Assembly (NCBI GenBank): GCA_045837725.1
Contig: JBEWZL010000123.1
Span: 248,001-312,000, forward strand
DNA: 64,000 nt
Source: Vermamoeba vermiformis
Taxonomy: Eukaryota
Direction of reading: 5' to 3'
The notes beneath the pieces were generated by a model. It saw only the letters and a list, made by a program, of their open reading frames with translations, ran no database searches and was not told where the DNA came from. Made by a program: the position numbers and the translations under genes. Positions 61,486 to 64,000 of this stretch are shown piece after piece (the stretch's first letter is position 1; each line of letters begins with the position of its first letter).

Positions 61486-62949
61486 ATGGACCAGTTACTC
61501 GTCCATTTGATCCGGCCACCAGAGAAAGCAAACTACGGATTAATAAATGAGGCGATGATGAAAATAGAGTATTGTTCTAAATTACTGGATCAATTAGAAA
61601 AGAATGGTAGGTTTGAGGCAAATAAAATTCTTGCAGCAGATCGCAGGCGACATTTAATCGCCTACAAAAATTTCATCAGATGTTAATCCGTTTCGATGAA
61701 ACGTATTGATCTCTTTCCATCAGAAAAAGTCATGCCCAATCAAGAGGAAGATCTAGTGACGAAATTAAAAGTATGGCTAATGGAAAGCGAGACATTCAGC
61801 ATCAAAGTTATTCTTCATCTAGTTGTTGAATTAAGCCTCAAAGGTAACCAATTATAGCAACCGGAGAATCGTAACGGAGAACTTCTGTCACCGGAAGCAA
61901 ATCCACCGAGGGAATACTGAACCACATCCACTTTACGTCCTTATTATTAACGTATACATGTAGAAAATATATATGCCGAGTTATTTATCAAGCACGAATT
62001 CTTTCTGATTCTGGTTGGTTTGATCGATGTCAAGTTTGGACGAGATAACGAGATGTCGACCCTCTGTTGTTTAATCTTGCATAATCTATTAGCCAGAGGT
62101 GAGACAGACACCACTATATGTAAATTTATAATATTAAAAATTGATCAGGTTGTCCGCCATCGGATGTAATTCCAGATCTGCTGTCCCTCCTAAGCAATTT
62201 GGCTAAGAAGACGTCATCAGACCCAATGTTGAAAGTACTCGCCATGCAAGCCGTTGGGATGCTGAATACGTACAGTAAGCGCTCAAAACATAATTAGAAA
62301 AATTAACACAAATCCAACGCACGGAAGCCAAATTTCTTTCCCCGGAAATGAGAATCCCCAGAAAATTTAAAAGTAATCAATAGCCGCTAATAACCGCTGC
62401 TTTATAGATCCTTCGCCCGACATCTGCAGTCTAGTTTCCGACTTTTGCATCAATTTCAAGTGGGACTTCGCAGTCGATCCGGCGTTTTCCGTTTCACCCC
62501 AAGACTTGATCCGATTACTTGACTCGCATGTGCCTGAGCTGAATCACCTAGGATTATGGCTATTGGCGCACGGAGAGGCTAATTCACTCTTCGACTGGAA
62601 ATTTGTGGCATTGCAATTAGAGTCGATGTCTTGCCTCGATTGGGAAAAAACACACGTGCAGTATTTCCACTTCTATCATCTTGCAATATCAAACGTTAAT
62701 AACGTAACACCTGGCATCTGGAACAAAATTTTCAACTCACCCACTATCAAAGTACGAAGGCGATGCGAGTGTTTAAAATTGGTACCGCGTGGCTTTGCCG
62801 ATCAATTTATTATCATCGAGAAGCCTAAACCGATCGAAGACATCGAGAATAGGATTTTTGGCAATTATCCGCCCCTAAACAATAACAATGCCAACACGAA
62901 CGAAGAACATTCTACGAGTGAGACGACAGCGAGTGTGGAAGAAAGGTAG
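61486..62949 (+). CDS. Helical-repeat (ARM/HEAT-like) hypothetical protein, multi-exon, with probable 5'-UTR introns
   Basis: Exons at about 61486, 61724, 61964, 62149 and 62408 appear to splice in frame; amphipathic Leu-rich helices. Confidence 0.55.
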
Positions 62950-63528
62950 TGTTCGATCATCGGATCATCTCAAAATACATCGTGTACATCTTGTAATATA
63001 GAATTGAGCAAAGACTCAATCGCGAATAAACCGTGATAAATAATTGTGATCGAACCAATAATCTCTTGCGTTTATGCATTGGTCATTCTCTTTTCGATAG
63101 ATCATCGAAGTGTTTACTGCTTTTGGGAAGGGTTTCTCGTCGTGCGGAGCTTAACTTTTAGAAATCGAGTTTTCGGGTTGCGGAAGGGTTTGATGTGTGC
63201 CGTTCGCTTTCTAATGAGCTCTAATAACAATAATGAGATTGATTTATTGCATACTAGGAGAGGGAGTTTCCGACTTTCGGTTTTCTATAATAGGAATGAA
63301 AATATTATAATAACGCGTGCCAGCAATCTTCCAAAATCCTGTCACGCATCAAGCAGGCGTAGATTTAGATCTGATGGCATAGATCTATTATGGCTATTAT
63401 GCATCCTGAAACAGCGGACTTGCCTTGGATCACGATACTGAAACTACCCGTTGACGACCTTCATTAGAATCGTTCATTCACTTGTTTACGCTATAGACGC
63501 GCTTGACGTATAACATGCATTAGCTGAG

Positions 63529-63736
63529 TCATTCTTTTTTGAAGCTTAAGCGAATTGTTGACGACGGATCGTGCCTCTTCGTCAAAAATCTTTTGCGCGA
63601 ACGATCGAGTTGTTTCCATTTGACCAAGGGTGAGAGACCACATATAATAATGTTTGCAGTCAAGAATATCGCAAAGAAATTGGTGTCTGCCAAAAAAGTG
63701 GCACATCTGGTAAGATTAGGCTGGAATGGATCCTCC
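63529..63736 (-). CDS. Possible last exon of a membrane-protein gene entering from the right edge
   Basis: CAG acceptor followed by an open frame with a hydrophobic segment (FFAIFLTANIIICGL) and a basic tail; upstream exons unresolved. Confidence 0.3.
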
Positions 63737-64000
63737 TGTTGATTTTACGGTTTAAAAAATTAATTTAAGTGCACAATTATTTATTGTATTGAATGCCCCG
63801 ATGGAATATTAGAAGGGCGTGGCTGTTAATTTAATAGTTGTAATTGCAATCTGAATCTAGAAGCACCAGTTTAGAAAATTACTACGAATATCTCCAATGC
63901 AACGAAAAATATTTATTTGTAATATATACAATTTCTAACGTATATTACCTAATTTTTGTAGGCTAAATTACAAACAGCCGGATTCATGACCTCAAAGAAG

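Noticed and set aside
63046-63441. 131-aa plus-strand ORF
   Set aside because: Non-ATG start, no domain, composition not protein-like; probably UTR or intergenic
1-64000. CRISPR arrays, tRNA/rRNA genes, transposase or reverse-transcriptase ORFs
   Set aside because: No regularly spaced repeats or recognisable motifs were seen by eye; degenerate elements could have been missed
1-64000. Non-standard genetic code to explain fragmented ORFs
   Set aside because: Fragmentation is explained by short introns; TAA, TAG and TGA all terminate conserved genes

Overview
Gene-dense, AT-rich eukaryotic DNA with short spliceosomal introns, read in the standard genetic code. The gene content (RWP-RK factor, RhoGAP-like/RasGEF proteins, Atg22-like transporter, F-box and BTB adaptors) suggests a free-living protist, probably an amoebozoan; this is inference. 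I reconstructed about 25 genes by hand; exon boundaries are approximate. The most striking feature is a tandem array at about 21.3-30.6 kb of intron-containing dikinase-like genes: three full-length copies, one 5'-truncated copy and one internally deleted copy. They have a phospho-His swivel motif followed by a C-terminal ATP-grasp domain (glucan-water-dikinase order), no recognisable substrate module, and a patchwork of identical and variable DNA blocks. Also notable: a secreted 2H-phosphoesterase-like gene between two CaaX-ended RCC1-BTB paralogues; an intronless heme-oxygenase-like diiron enzyme next to a U6 snRNA gene with an unusual 3' end; a CNH-VPS9 fusion; two RasGEFs whose RhoGAP-like domains lack the arginine finger; a SET protein with an apparent mitochondrial presequence; several GC-AG introns; and a recurring intronic (T)GGATCCG motif. 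All calls come from reading motifs by eye; no database search was run.
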